The position numbers and the translations under genes are program-made. A stretch of DNA of 62,744 nucleotides from a virus (taxonomy: Duplodnaviria; Caudoviricetes), in IMG/VR virus record IMGVR_UViG_3300008259_000034, positions 1-62,744 of that record; one strand, 5' to 3'. Positions 1-9,636 of the stretch are shown here, piece by piece (the stretch's first letter is position 1; every line of letters starts with the position of its first letter). The notes below the pieces were generated by a model that was given only the letters and a program-made list of their open reading frames with translations, made no database searches and had not been told where the DNA came from.

Positions 1-512
1 AATGAAAGAGATTTACCACGACCGGTGTTTTCTGTAGTTGTCACTGCCTGTATACGAGCACCGTTGTCATATTCAATAGTGTTTCTATTGTAGCTGTACA
101 CACCTGCACGAATAAAGTCTGGCAAGTTCTCGTAGCCAAATCGATAACGATTCATAATATCCTGCGCACCTTCGTACTTGTGAGCAGCAATAAGAACCTG
201 TGCTTCTGGCACAAACATGGTATACCATAACAAGTAGGCACAGGCACAGGTAGTCTTGCCCATTTGACGCGGTAACATAGCAATACATTGCTTGTTATTG
301 TGATAGGCATCGATTAGTCTTTCTTGATAATCATATGGGATAAAAGGAATCGATCCCCTTACAGGATGTTGAATTTTTAAAAAATTTTTAGCAAAGTATA
401 TTGGGCCAGTTACTGGGTCCATACAGGCTTCTAGATGCTTGACTTCCTCTAACGTATATCGCTGAGGAGCATGCGCCTTTTTAATTAAATTACCGTCTAG
501 TGATTTTGCCAT
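1..512 (-). CDS. terL: Terminase large subunit, N-terminal part (runs off window edge)
   Basis: Not in ORF track; hand translation from ATG at 512: MAKSLDGNLIKKAH...PYDYQERLI...MLPRQMGKTT (Walker A)...IAAHKYEGAQDIMNR...TTTENTGRGKSLS, matching T4 gp17-type ATPase motifs. Confidence 0.95.
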   Translation of the reverse strand, partial: MAKSLDGNLIKKAHAPQRYTLEEVKHLEACMDPVTGPIYFAKNFLKIQHPVRGSIPFIPYDYQERLIDAYHNNKQCIAMLPRQMGKTTCACAYLLWYTMFVPEAQVLIAAHKYEGAQDIMNRYRFGYENLPDFIRAGVYSYNRNTIEYDNGARIQAVTTTENTGRGKSLS

Positions 513-516
513 ACTT

Positions 517-522
517 TATTTA
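517..522 (-). promoter_or_regulatory. T4-type late promoter core TAAATA, 4 nt before terL ATG
   Basis: TAAATA-AAGT-ATG on minus strand; no SD; motif recurs before many genes. Confidence 0.7.
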
Positions 523-525
523 CTG

Positions 526-553
526 AAAAAAATAGGCTCCGTAGAGCCTATTT
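526..553 (-). terminator. Rho-independent terminator
   Basis: Stem AAATAGGCTC/GAGCCTATTT, UACG loop on minus strand, then U-tract. Confidence 0.85.
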
Positions 554-570
554 GGTTTATTTCGACCTGA

Positions 571-1419
571 TTATTTTTTAGCTTCAGCTAACCGTTGCAT
601 TAATTCTGCACGGATACTAGCACGTAGATCGCCGTCTGTCATTGCCATTGGGTTATCACCTTGCTGATAACCATGCTTAGTCATAGTCTTTGGCTTGTTT
701 AAGCCGCCTGCAAGTTTGTTTACCATGTAATCGGTGTCTTTGAATTCTGGGTCAGGACTGGTAGTAGCTTGATCGAATCCAGCTGGACTTGCTTCTTCCT
801 GTTCTTTATTGTTGTCTGCTTTTAGCTTGGCTACATGATCATCATAAGGTTTTAATTCTTTATTAAGATGATTCATGATATCGTCATCGTCGCCTTCTGG
901 CTCAGCAGCTTCATCTTCTGGCTTGTTGTCTTTTTTCTTTTCCATGTCGTGATCATCCATGTCATGATCGCCATCGCCGTCTTGATCACCCATAGCTTTT
1001 TGAATATCTGCAACAGGACTGTCGTCTTTATCCATTTCGCCGCCTGGCATTTCGTCATTGTCAGCATCCATATCTGGAAGCATTTTTAATGGACCGGAAT
1101 CTAAATTACCTAGGCTTAATGGTGAAATGCTTGGGCCTGGAGGAGTTAGACTCGGCATACCCATTGGGTCAATTGCAGTCGTAGGTGCTGCTGGTTGATT
1201 AATCATGTCTGGATTAACTTTAGTCATCAACTTCATTAATTCAGCAATATCATCTAATCCTTGAGCATTTAGATTAACACTCATACTTGGTGGCGGTGTA
1301 TCTGGTTTGTCCATTGACTGTGTCATCATGCCCATTGGCTGGCCACATTCTTCGACTGTTGATTCAGCAATAGGAGCGTCTAGTTCACGCATCTTGTTCA
1401 TCAAATCTTGAAAATTCAT
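571..1419 (-). CDS. Acidic, low-complexity hypothetical protein (possible internal head protein)
   Basis: 282 aa ORF, D/E/M/P-rich, in operon upstream of terL. Confidence 0.7.
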   Translation of the reverse strand: MNFQDLMNKMRELDAPIAESTVEECGQPMGMMTQSMDKPDTPPPSMSVNLNAQGLDDIAELMKLMTKVNPDMINQPAAPTTAIDPMGMPSLTPPGPSISPLSLGNLDSGPLKMLPDMDADNDEMPGGEMDKDDSPVADIQKAMGDQDGDGDHDMDDHDMEKKKDNKPEDEAAEPEGDDDDIMNHLNKELKPYDDHVAKLKADNNKEQEEASPAGFDQATTSPDPEFKDTDYMVNKLAGGLNKPKTMTKHGYQQGDNPMAMTDGDLRASIRAELMQRLAEAKK

Positions 1420-1421
1420 TT

Positions 1422-2009
1422 TTATTTTCCCTTAACTGGTACTGGATTATCGATCTTAGTCATGGGACTAACAGATCCAGCTGTTTTTGTTTTTGCTAAT
1501 TTATATTCACCAATACCTCTTTCTTTCTTTGAGGTTTTAGATGTTTTCTCTAAATCTTTTAAGAAACTTTTGTTAAAGTCGTCGCCAAAGTAATCTTTTA
1601 CTTTTACTTTGTCAGCTTCTTTATATTGACCATCATCCAACAATGCTTTACCTGTTGACTCTAACGATGCTAGTAACTGTTCGTTTTCAACAGGCTCATT
1701 AGCACCACGAACACGGAAGCTGCTTTCTGGTAGCCCCATTGTTTTAATGTCGTTAATTATTTCAGGGGATGTAATTGGATATTCACAAACAACTTCAAAT
1801 ATGGTTACTTCGCAGTTTGGATAATCTGGAAAATCTAAAGGCTGTGCTTGTATTGGAGTGGTAGCAACTTTTTCAAGAGTCTTAACTCCGCAACGTCCTA
1901 GCTTTTCTTTTAGATTTTCTTGGAATTTTTCAGGCAGTTCGCCCGCAACTTTAATCTTAAAGTCGTATACTTTTTTGCCTTCGGCAAGGTATTCTTTAAA
2001 AGTCTTCAT
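1422..2009 (-). CDS. Putative internal head protein with capsid-targeting-like N-terminus
   Basis: 195 aa; begins MKTFKEYLAE, resembling T4 internal-protein targeting sequence. Confidence 0.6.
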   Translation of the reverse strand: MKTFKEYLAEGKKVYDFKIKVAGELPEKFQENLKEKLGRCGVKTLEKVATTPIQAQPLDFPDYPNCEVTIFEVVCEYPITSPEIINDIKTMGLPESSFRVRGANEPVENEQLLASLESTGKALLDDGQYKEADKVKVKDYFGDDFNKSFLKDLEKTSKTSKKERGIGEYKLAKTKTAGSVSPMTKIDNPVPVKGK

Positions 2010-2014
2010 AGTAC

Positions 2015-2020
2015 TATTTA
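2015..2020 (-). promoter_or_regulatory. Late promoter core TAAATA, 5 nt before ATG
   Basis: TAAATA-GTACT-ATG; overlaps upstream stop codon. Confidence 0.65.
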
Positions 2021-2497
2021 GTCCTTTTGACCCAATTTCTTAAGGAGCTCGTTGCGGTCAGTGATAATGTATCCCTGCCCGTTAATAACATCATTTGGGT
2101 CTTCGTTGTTGTCTTTGTCAATTTTATACTTTTTCATCTGGATGTCAATGGCTTTCAATTTTTTATCAATCTTAGCCGTTTTGGCACTGATAGCATTATT
2201 CATCATTGAACTAGCTACTTCAAATATGCGACTGGCATACCGAACTTCAACGTTCATACCCAAATCCATTAAATCGTCATATGCTTGTTCTGCCTTAGAT
2301 GCTAATGCATCTAATTCATGCTCGTCTATGTTATCTAGTTCTTGTATTTGTGGCAGACCGCGTGTAATTTCTTGAACCGCACGATAACTATCGTCTAGGC
2401 TTTTTACTTCTGTATGCTCTACTACAGAAACAGGAATAGGAGTGTCGTCAACTTTTGAATCTTCTAAATTAAAAAGAGTTTCTAATTTTTTAGTCAT
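2018..2497 (-). CDS. terS: Terminase small subunit (gp16-like)
   Basis: 159 aa helical protein; SRIFEVASSMM resembles gp16 PRxxEV motif; C-terminal DRNELLKKL; near terL. Confidence 0.65.
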   Translation of the reverse strand: MTKKLETLFNLEDSKVDDTPIPVSVVEHTEVKSLDDSYRAVQEITRGLPQIQELDNIDEHELDALASKAEQAYDDLMDLGMNVEVRYASRIFEVASSMMNNAISAKTAKIDKKLKAIDIQMKKYKIDKDNNEDPNDVINGQGYIITDRNELLKKLGQKD

Positions 2498-2501
2498 ACT
2501 T

Positions 2502-2507
2502 TACTTA
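2502..2507 (-). promoter_or_regulatory. Late promoter variant TAAGTA, 4 nt before ATG
   Basis: TAAGTA-AAGT-ATG, same geometry as TAAATA sites. Confidence 0.5.
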
Positions 2508-2945
2508 TCTGCGTTTTTTGCCCTGATGGAAAATATCACCTTCGTTAACTATACGGAACTTAACACCTTGTTGCTTGCACCAAGCAGTAGCAGCTTCCCA
2601 TTTGGCCATATTTTTCACATACTGCTGTTGATTGTATTGACTTTTGCCTACTTTTTCTAATACTGTTTGACTCTCAGGTTTAACTTCAACAACTTCTGCA
2701 TGCTTTTTACCGTTTTTATCTACATATACAATAAAGAAATCAGGCACGTATATTGTATACTTTCCTGTTAACGGATCTCTATAGGGAATTTGAATACTTT
2801 CGCTTGCCCAACTTTGAACTCCTTGGTGTTCATCAAGCATTCTCATAAAAACAAACTCCCAACTACTGCGAGCCAGTGGTGTTTTCTTGCCAACGTATTT
2901 GTCGACATTTTTCATTTCAAAACGACCTTGAGCAAACTTTGCCAT
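2505..2945 (-). CDS. gp4: Head completion nuclease (gp4-like, TnsA-N-type PD-(D/E)xK)
   Basis: RSSWEFVFM, WASESIQIPY, YVPDF, VEVKP, NMAKWEAA motifs. Confidence 0.85.
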   Translation of the reverse strand: MAKFAQGRFEMKNVDKYVGKKTPLARSSWEFVFMRMLDEHQGVQSWASESIQIPYRDPLTGKYTIYVPDFFIVYVDKNGKKHAEVVEVKPESQTVLEKVGKSQYNQQQYVKNMAKWEAATAWCKQQGVKFRIVNEGDIFHQGKKRR

Positions 2946-3316
2946 TATGGAGATATGTTTCTTAGAATTTCCGTTTTAGGTATATTTAAATATCTAAACC
3001 CTAACGTCGATGTTGACTTTCGATTGTTGTTAAGAATTTCACTAACTAGTGCAGATAGTTGTAAACTATCAAATCCCTTAAGGGTGTCTAACAATTTAAA
3101 AACAGGGATGCCATCTATCTTGGCCTGTTTTAAAATTGCTGATGCAGTAGTTAATGCCGCGTCAGTGCTGAATCCTTTTGATTCAAAGAAACCAACTGCT
3201 GCTGAAACTTCGTTGGCTGAAAATTCTAACGGGCTAATACCGTACTGATCAAAAAATAATTTAGTAGCTTGTGCGCTATCTGCAACTGTTGTTAAGGGTA
3301 AACTATTACTACTCAT
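2945..3316 (-). CDS. Hypothetical protein
   Basis: 123 aa, tightly packed between neighbours. Confidence 0.7.
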   Translation of the reverse strand: MSSNSLPLTTVADSAQATKLFFDQYGISPLEFSANEVSAAVGFFESKGFSTDAALTTASAILKQAKIDGIPVFKLLDTLKGFDSLQLSALVSEILNNNRKSTSTLGFRYLNIPKTEILRNISP

Positions 3317-4423
3317 TTATGCAAATCCGTTTATATCAGCATCGCCCGCTATCATTACTTTTTGTGTTGCTGGAGTTGTGTTGGTATTCTGAGTGTTCTT
3401 TGGAAACACTGAACCAATAATACCTCCTACCGATCCTGCAATTCCTAATATTGCAGCCGGACTACTAATAATATTAATTGCTTCTCGCTTTAATCCTTCC
3501 TTAGAAAGATTGTTAAGATTTTTAACAGTGTTAGCTGCCGAGATAGCGGTACCTAAAAATCCACCTATGCTTCCAAATGCCGATCCATCACTGACGTTGC
3601 CGAATATACTTTCCATTCCGTCTAACACGCCGCCTTGACCAAATAAATTTGCCACACCGCCGCCTGCTACTGATAACGGGCTTGGAGTATTGTCGTAGTG
3701 CAACATTGCAAACCCTGTTGGACTATTTCGTTGAACCTGTCCCGAACTATAAATTACCGACTCATAATTAACTGTCATAGTATTTTCTAAAAAGTCATTT
3801 GCATCATATGCAACCTGTCCATGACTCCACGAAGTAATTTTAGGATTTATTAAAGTATATCCATTAAATCGTCTACGACTCATAGTGTAGATTGAAATAG
3901 ATTTAAACATATCTAAACTTTTATTATTGTCTAGACCGTATCTAAAATTATCAAATCCGGTATTTGTACTTCTATATGTTGAAATAGATTTTGAAAATGC
4001 CTGCGCTGGCAAATTTCTATCTGCAGAATAGTACCCAAAATATAACGCCCACAGGGCATTCATAATACCTTGGCTATCATCATGGAATGCTAAATTAACC
4101 GGATCATAAGAAAAGTTTTTATAGATAATATGTTTCTTATTGTATTGATTTTTGGTTACTGAATCCATAGTAAATTTGGGTAAGTCTGCTGACTTAACAA
4201 GATATCCTACTTCGTCTGCATGTTTATTTGTAAACTGCGGTGCTTTTAAAAGTGTTTTATCAATTTCAAAGCGGACATAGAACATGAACTTGGTTCGTGG
4301 TGCCAAGCGCATGGTATCGTCGATAAACAATCTAGTAGCGTGTTGCCAATTGGCTACCTGACCTTTAGGAGTTAGTAGACCATCTCCTACGCCTTTAAGA
4401 AATCGTGTAAATTTATTTGCCAT
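3317..4423 (-). CDS. Tail tube-like / baseplate tube initiator protein
   Basis: 368 aa; VKSADLPKF, YDPVNLAFHDD tube-fold-like motifs; directly downstream of tail tube gene. Confidence 0.55.
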   Translation of the reverse strand: MANKFTRFLKGVGDGLLTPKGQVANWQHATRLFIDDTMRLAPRTKFMFYVRFEIDKTLLKAPQFTNKHADEVGYLVKSADLPKFTMDSVTKNQYNKKHIIYKNFSYDPVNLAFHDDSQGIMNALWALYFGYYSADRNLPAQAFSKSISTYRSTNTGFDNFRYGLDNNKSLDMFKSISIYTMSRRRFNGYTLINPKITSWSHGQVAYDANDFLENTMTVNYESVIYSSGQVQRNSPTGFAMLHYDNTPSPLSVAGGGVANLFGQGGVLDGMESIFGNVSDGSAFGSIGGFLGTAISAANTVKNLNNLSKEGLKREAINIISSPAAILGIAGSVGGIIGSVFPKNTQNTNTTPATQKVMIAGDADINGFA

Positions 4424-4428
4424 ACAAA

Positions 4429-4434
4429 TATTTA
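4429..4434 (-). promoter_or_regulatory. Late promoter core TAAATA, 5 nt before ATG
   Basis: TAAATA-TTTGT-ATG just after terminator. Confidence 0.7.
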
Positions 4435-4440
4435 TGCCAC

Positions 4441-4464
4441 AAAAAAACCCGGAATATTTCCGGG
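4441..4464 (-). terminator. Rho-independent terminator after tail tube gene
   Basis: CCCGGAA/TTCCGGG stem followed by 7 U on minus strand. Confidence 0.85.
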
Positions 4465-4486
4465 CTCTTTTGATTCAAACGAATTA

Positions 4487-5128
4487 TTATTGTGCGCCTG
4501 ACCGTCCAGTAACTGCTTCGCCGAGGGTACGTCCAACCACTGCACCAAGTCCACGATCTGTACCAGCACCTGTAGCACCTTTGAACTGAACAGCGTTATC
4601 AAATGCAACTGTTAGTGCCACTGTTACGTGCTCGTTGCTGCTGTATGCCAAATCACCGTAATCGGCATTTTGAATGTAAGCACCGTAAACTTCCCAACGT
4701 TCTAATACATCAGCACCGTTGTTACCGTTGCCGCCGTCTAAAATTTCAATGTTCATTTGAAATTTGTAGTCGATACCTGAACGTGCAGATGCTTGTTCCA
4801 TAAAGTCAAATTGTTTCTGGATTTGTTGTCCAACAGTTTTAGTAACCTGACCAGATGCATCGTCTCGTAACGTTAATGTTAAGTTTTCGAAGGAGTACTT
4901 GCCCGCTAATTTAACTTTTGAGTTATAAACATCTAATGTCATTTCTTCAAAAGAAACTTTTGGTCTCGTTACCTCCTGCACCTGTTTGGTTAGTTCAACG
5001 CTGGATTCAACTCCAAATCCTAACAAATTCACTCTAAAGCGATATTTTAGTTTTGGCATCAACAGCGATGTATTGCTGCCGCCACCTGCTGTTGGTACCG
5101 AAAATCTATTTAATGATGTTAGTGACAT
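4487..5128 (-). CDS. gp19: Tail tube protein
   Basis: 213 aa immediately after sheath; PKLKYRFRV, KLAGKYSF, LTLRDD motifs. Confidence 0.85.
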   Translation of the reverse strand: MSLTSLNRFSVPTAGGGSNTSLLMPKLKYRFRVNLLGFGVESSVELTKQVQEVTRPKVSFEEMTLDVYNSKVKLAGKYSFENLTLTLRDDASGQVTKTVGQQIQKQFDFMEQASARSGIDYKFQMNIEILDGGNGNNGADVLERWEVYGAYIQNADYGDLAYSSNEHVTVALTVAFDNAVQFKGATGAGTDRGLGAVVGRTLGEAVTGRSGAQ

Positions 5129-8100
5129 TTAAATCTCTCCTGTATTCTTGACACGTAATGGAATGTAGATAAACTCTACTGCTTTTACAGGTGTAATTGC
5201 AATATCAACATACAATTCATTACGATCAATTGTTGATGGTAAATTGTTAGACTCGTCGCAAACAACAGCGAAGTCATAGATAGCTCTTAAACCTACCAAT
5301 TCTAACAATAGACTTTCTACAGCACCTTTAATTTCGTCACGTGTAATCTTGTCATTTGGTTCAAAGATATACGGACGAGCAAGTTTGTTTAATTGACTAC
5401 GTAAGTAAACAACTAAACGTGCTACGTTAATTCTGTCTAATGCTGAAGCATTTCTTGCACGAGTTTTCTGGCCAAATGCCACGTTACCAACACCAACAAA
5501 GAATGGAATTGGATTGATTTTTAAATCATATAGTGTATCACGTTGACCTTCGTTTAGAGCAACTGTTATAAACTCACCGGTCATACCGTCTAGGTATCCA
5601 ACTGACGTTGCATTAACAATACCACCGCGTCTTGTACCAGCTGGTGCAAACCATGGATAGCTAACTTGATCGCTAATTGCAATTGTTTTCAACATCATGT
5701 GTGATGCTGGAACAACAGCAGTTGTGCCGCCTAAGTCAGTTGTAAATCCGTTAGGATAATACATTGCTGAGTATTCGTCGTATGTAACAACACCAGCATC
5801 ACCGTTATCAGTAACACCTGCTGCGTTGCTTCCCCAGTTGCTTAATGATGTTGCATCAGATTCTAAGCGTAATGGAGTATCAGCAATAACAAACGAAGTT
5901 AATCCGCGATCAATGTTTAAGTTAACCAAGTTACCATAAACTTCTGGATAACCAGGAGCAGAACTTAAATTAAAGTTTCTACGTTCTGTATCACGAATTT
6001 GTAAGTTTGTATCGATTGTAGATTTCATTGCTGCAACAATAACTGCACGTTGCGCTTTGCGTCCGAAGCTACCTGAACCATCTTCTTGGTTAGGAGAAGC
6101 AGTAGACCAGCGATCTGGCCAGTATGTGCTCATGCCTACATTGGCCATTCGAACGTTATCTGCTGTTGTATCAATATAGTTATTGTTGTATTTCTTAACG
6201 TTACCACCTGAGCGACGTAGATTCCATAACAACATGCCTTTTGGATACAGTGCTGGATCTGGTGCATCTGTATCTAAGAAATTGCTTGATAGTAGTTCTT
6301 GGATAGATCCGCTTGGTGCAGATGTTACTGTACCGCCACTAGTGCCTGCACGAGCGTCAGCAAACACAACGCCTTCTTCAGTAGTTTGATCTGTTTTATC
6401 AACTAGTACCCAACGTAATGCTTTGTTGGTAACACCAGTTAATTCGTTATTGTAACGATAGATAGTTGGAAAATTTTCCATATCAGCAGTGCTGATCCAT
6501 AAATCGCCAGTTACAAAATCGCCGCTACCGTCTGGTCTTGCAGTTGGTCTTGACGCACTAACTACCGGACCAAATGCATCTGTGGTTGCAAATACAGTTT
6601 TATATCCCTTCCAAGTTGAGCCATTGTGAACCATGATGTCAATTTCTGAGAAATTGTTGTTATACCATAACTGACCATCTGATGGCTCATTTAATGGAGC
6701 ACTTGCAGATGCAGTAAATCCAACAATTGACAGTGGTTGCCATTGTGTTGCAACAAAATCTTCAGGTGCGCCAGCTGCTGATGTGTAGAAATTAGCTGAT
6801 CCTGACCACTGACCGGCTGTGTATGCTAATGGAGTAAACAAATCAGCAATAACTGTTCCGGTTACATCAGTTAATCTAAAATCACCACCTTTCTTATGAT
6901 AAATTTGTAATTCGTAATCTGCTGTTACACTAGCTTCAATGTTAGTTAACCCAGCAGCATTGATTGCAGAAGCAATTAAAACAGCATCATCTTTGTTACT
7001 ATTCAATGAAGCTGTTGTTACTGTATACGCTGCACTTAGATCTTCTGAACTTGTTATAGATTCTTTAATAGTAAAAGTCTTAACACCAGAACCTGCATTA
7101 TTAGTAAGGCTCATTACAGAAGATGTAATAACTGTGTTGCCTGTACCTACTCTGCGGAATACACGGAAAGTTGCTGAATTTAAAGTTGCATCTAACGCAT
7201 CACCATTGCTGTCCGGTGTTGCATAGCTAAACTGCTCATCGCTGTTGTATTGTACATATACAGAATCTAGTGCAATATTTTTGCCCCCGCCTGTACGATC
7301 TAGATAATACAATGCTGAACTACCAGTTGCATACAATGGTGCTGAATATGTAATCCAAGATTTAGTTGCAGAGTTATATCGCTTGGCTCTCCAACGTGAC
7401 CCGTTGCCTTGTTCTGTAGTCTTGATCCATACAGATCCTGTTGGGAAACCAGCTAAGGCATTACCAAATGTTCCTGAAGTAGCTGTGTCTACTCTCTTGT
7501 ACAATGGCACTTGAGTGTGTGGAGCCAATGTTAATTTTGGCTGTAAATATGTGCCGTTTGTAAAACCACTAGCACTTAATGTAGTGTCACTGATAACAAT
7601 TGCACCGCTCTTTGTAGAGTCGCCGGCACCTTCTGTTGCACCATCTGAATAAATGTATACTTTACCTGTTGTACCAGCAGTAAACGTTGCTGTTACTCCG
7701 GGAATGGCTGCACTGATAATTGCATTTTTAACTTGAAGCGGAGTTGCACTAGACAAAGTAACTAGTGTTCCGTTGATTTTGAATGAACCAGTTACAGTTG
7801 TAAAACTGCCTGATACTAGTGCTGGATGACTTAAACACCATTCTGGGCTACCAACTAGTACCCAAGCACCTGGAAGAACGCCACCGCCAGCATTTCCTGG
7901 AGATTTGTAAAAAAATCTAGCTTCTTCTTTTGAAGAAATGTAATCGCCTGAACCAAATACAGTTTCAAATAAAACTGCATAGTCGCCAATGGAACCGACG
8001 GATGCTTTTGGAGCACGACCGTAGTCACTGCTAGCTTCAACTTTAACAAGTGAATCGCTATCAGTTAATACCAATGGAGTTTTTGTTGTGAATTTTTGTC

Positions 8101-8575
8101 CACCGTCTGCAACTAATGAGCTATTCCATTCTTGAATGCCCCATGTTGAATTAGTAGTATCTAACCACCATTGGCCGTCTGTTGGTTCTGCTCCCGGGGC
8201 GGCTGATGTTGGAGTTAACTCGGCTAAGTCCACGTCAGCGCGAACAATAATTGCAGAATTTGATGAACCTAAGTAGCTATACGCTGCCAGTAGACCATAC
8301 TCATTTAATTCACTGCCATGTACGGGAGATCCGCTGGCTGTCTTTTCAAAGAACGGAACACCAAATGTGTCCACAAGTTCTTTCTGGCTAGTCATCTTAA
8401 ATGCTGTGCCAATTGCTGATTGAATAGTGCCTGCTGCTGTTGCAGTACCTGCACCGTTCGTTTTATTCATTTGGGTAGCTAACACGATTAACGGAGTTGT
8501 ACCAGGTTCAGCTGGTGTATAAAAACTCTCGTCAATGACTGTTACGGCTACGCCTGGGGATTGTAATGTCGCCAT
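5129..8575 (-). CDS. gp18: Tail sheath protein with large insertion domains
   Basis: N-terminal SPGVAVTVIDES; C-terminal WFAPAGTRRG, RINVARL, FEPND, VCDESNN, KAVEFIYI; 1148 aa. Confidence 0.95.
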   Translation of the reverse strand: MATLQSPGVAVTVIDESFYTPAEPGTTPLIVLATQMNKTNGAGTATAAGTIQSAIGTAFKMTSQKELVDTFGVPFFEKTASGSPVHGSELNEYGLLAAYSYLGSSNSAIIVRADVDLAELTPTSAAPGAEPTDGQWWLDTTNSTWGIQEWNSSLVADGGQKFTTKTPLVLTDSDSLVKVEASSDYGRAPKASVGSIGDYAVLFETVFGSGDYISSKEEARFFYKSPGNAGGGVLPGAWVLVGSPEWCLSHPALVSGSFTTVTGSFKINGTLVTLSSATPLQVKNAIISAAIPGVTATFTAGTTGKVYIYSDGATEGAGDSTKSGAIVISDTTLSASGFTNGTYLQPKLTLAPHTQVPLYKRVDTATSGTFGNALAGFPTGSVWIKTTEQGNGSRWRAKRYNSATKSWITYSAPLYATGSSALYYLDRTGGGKNIALDSVYVQYNSDEQFSYATPDSNGDALDATLNSATFRVFRRVGTGNTVITSSVMSLTNNAGSGVKTFTIKESITSSEDLSAAYTVTTASLNSNKDDAVLIASAINAAGLTNIEASVTADYELQIYHKKGGDFRLTDVTGTVIADLFTPLAYTAGQWSGSANFYTSAAGAPEDFVATQWQPLSIVGFTASASAPLNEPSDGQLWYNNNFSEIDIMVHNGSTWKGYKTVFATTDAFGPVVSASRPTARPDGSGDFVTGDLWISTADMENFPTIYRYNNELTGVTNKALRWVLVDKTDQTTEEGVVFADARAGTSGGTVTSAPSGSIQELLSSNFLDTDAPDPALYPKGMLLWNLRRSGGNVKKYNNNYIDTTADNVRMANVGMSTYWPDRWSTASPNQEDGSGSFGRKAQRAVIVAAMKSTIDTNLQIRDTERRNFNLSSAPGYPEVYGNLVNLNIDRGLTSFVIADTPLRLESDATSLSNWGSNAAGVTDNGDAGVVTYDEYSAMYYPNGFTTDLGGTTAVVPASHMMLKTIAISDQVSYPWFAPAGTRRGGIVNATSVGYLDGMTGEFITVALNEGQRDTLYDLKINPIPFFVGVGNVAFGQKTRARNASALDRINVARLVVYLRSQLNKLARPYIFEPNDKITRDEIKGAVESLLLELVGLRAIYDFAVVCDESNNLPSTIDRNELYVDIAITPVKAVEFIYIPLRVKNTGEI

Positions 8576-8608
8576 GTACCTATTCTCCTGGTAATAGTTT
8601 GCTCAAAG

Positions 8609-8614
8609 TATTTA
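8609..8614 (-). promoter_or_regulatory. Late promoter core TAAATA for sheath/tube operon
   Basis: TAAATA about 35 nt upstream of sheath ATG; SD AGGAGA present. Confidence 0.65.
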
Positions 8615-8670
8615 GCGGTTTATAATAAAAATTGGTAGTTAACCAGTATGAAAAAGGGGAGAAAAAGGTG

Positions 8671-8676
8671 TAAATA
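8671..8676 (+). promoter_or_regulatory. Late promoter core TAAATA, 5 nt before HNH ATG
   Basis: TAAATA-GTTTT-ATG. Confidence 0.65.
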
Positions 8677-8681
8677 GTTTT

Positions 8682-9017
8682 ATGAGACCTATTTGTAAGT
8701 GCGGACAGCGACCTAGAGCTGTAAATTATAAAAAAAATGATAGAGTTTACTATAGAAAACTCTGCGAAATCTGTATGTCTCACGGACTAAATCATAGAAT
8801 ACCCCGCTGGGTTAGAGCAGGGTATCAAATAAAGGCACAATGCGATAAATGCGGGTTTAAGTCAACTCACAAAGAAGTATTTAGAGTATTTCATATAGAC
8901 GGTAATCTTGATAATTGTCGTCATAACAATTTGAAAACAGTATGTGCCAACTGCTCTCAAATACTAGCTAAAAGCGGAGTTACTTGGCGTCAGGGCGATC
9001 TCATTGCTGACTATTAA
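8682..9017 (+). CDS. Zn-finger HNH-like protein
   Basis: CxC, CxxC, CxxC and HIDGNLDNC...NLKTVCANC; the usual His after CxNC is absent. Confidence 0.75.
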   Translation: MRPICKCGQRPRAVNYKKNDRVYYRKLCEICMSHGLNHRIPRWVRAGYQIKAQCDKCGFKSTHKEVFRVFHIDGNLDNCRHNNLKTVCANCSQILAKSGVTWRQGDLIADY

Positions 9018-9617
9018 TTTAGTTTGATTATACAGTTCATCGATGGTACCGTTATTATCTAACACAGCATCAAATTCTGTTCCAACCCATGCAGTTTCAC
9101 TGGCATGTATTTTACGCATCCTAAGTTCGTTAATTGCAATATTCATGCCTCTGTTTGCGTCTATTGCTACGTCATACCAATCAGGTAATTCACCACGCTG
9201 AACCCATAAAATTTGGCCACCTGCATTTCGAATGCTTAGTATTTCATTTGGAAATCGACAGTCTGATATAACCACGTGATCCTTGCTTGTACGAATTTTG
9301 TTTTCTAAACTTGCAATCCATATATCGTCATGGAATGCTTTACGGCAAACTTCAGTACCCCAGTATTGCAGCACCCATCTAGGAGTTAGTGTTGGCATGT
9401 CTAACCGTGCTGCCCACCACGGATCAACTTGCTCTCGCCACTCGCGAGCTTCTTTAGTGCGCCCTTCAAGCATGGTTCTGTCCCAACCGAATACTGAAGA
9501 AACTGCATCTTTTAATGTAGATGCAAAACTCTCTCGTCTAAATTCGTGGAAGTTTACTAGATAGTCCGCAACTGTGTCTTTGCCTGAACCAATAAAACCG
9601 CAAATACCTATGATCAT
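8964..9617 (-). CDS. gp1: Deoxynucleoside monophosphate kinase
   Basis: GFIGSGKDT P-loop, SFASTLKD, TPRWVLQYWGTEVCR, VISDCRFPNE, HASE. Confidence 0.92.
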   Translation of the reverse strand: MIIGICGFIGSGKDTVADYLVNFHEFRRESFASTLKDAVSSVFGWDRTMLEGRTKEAREWREQVDPWWAARLDMPTLTPRWVLQYWGTEVCRKAFHDDIWIASLENKIRTSKDHVVISDCRFPNEILSIRNAGGQILWVQRGELPDWYDVAIDANRGMNIAINELRMRKIHASETAWVGTEFDAVLDNNGTIDELYNQTKLIVSNEIALTPSNSAFS

Positions 9618-9636
9618 AAATGTCTCCTATATAGAC

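Noticed and set aside
85-288. 67 aa Cys-rich ORF in the track
   Set aside because: Alternate frame inside terL, which the track missed because it runs off the edge.
2505-2945. TnsA-like nuclease as a transposon
   Set aside because: Matches the T4 gp4 head-completion family in a core position; no other Tn7 genes or ends.
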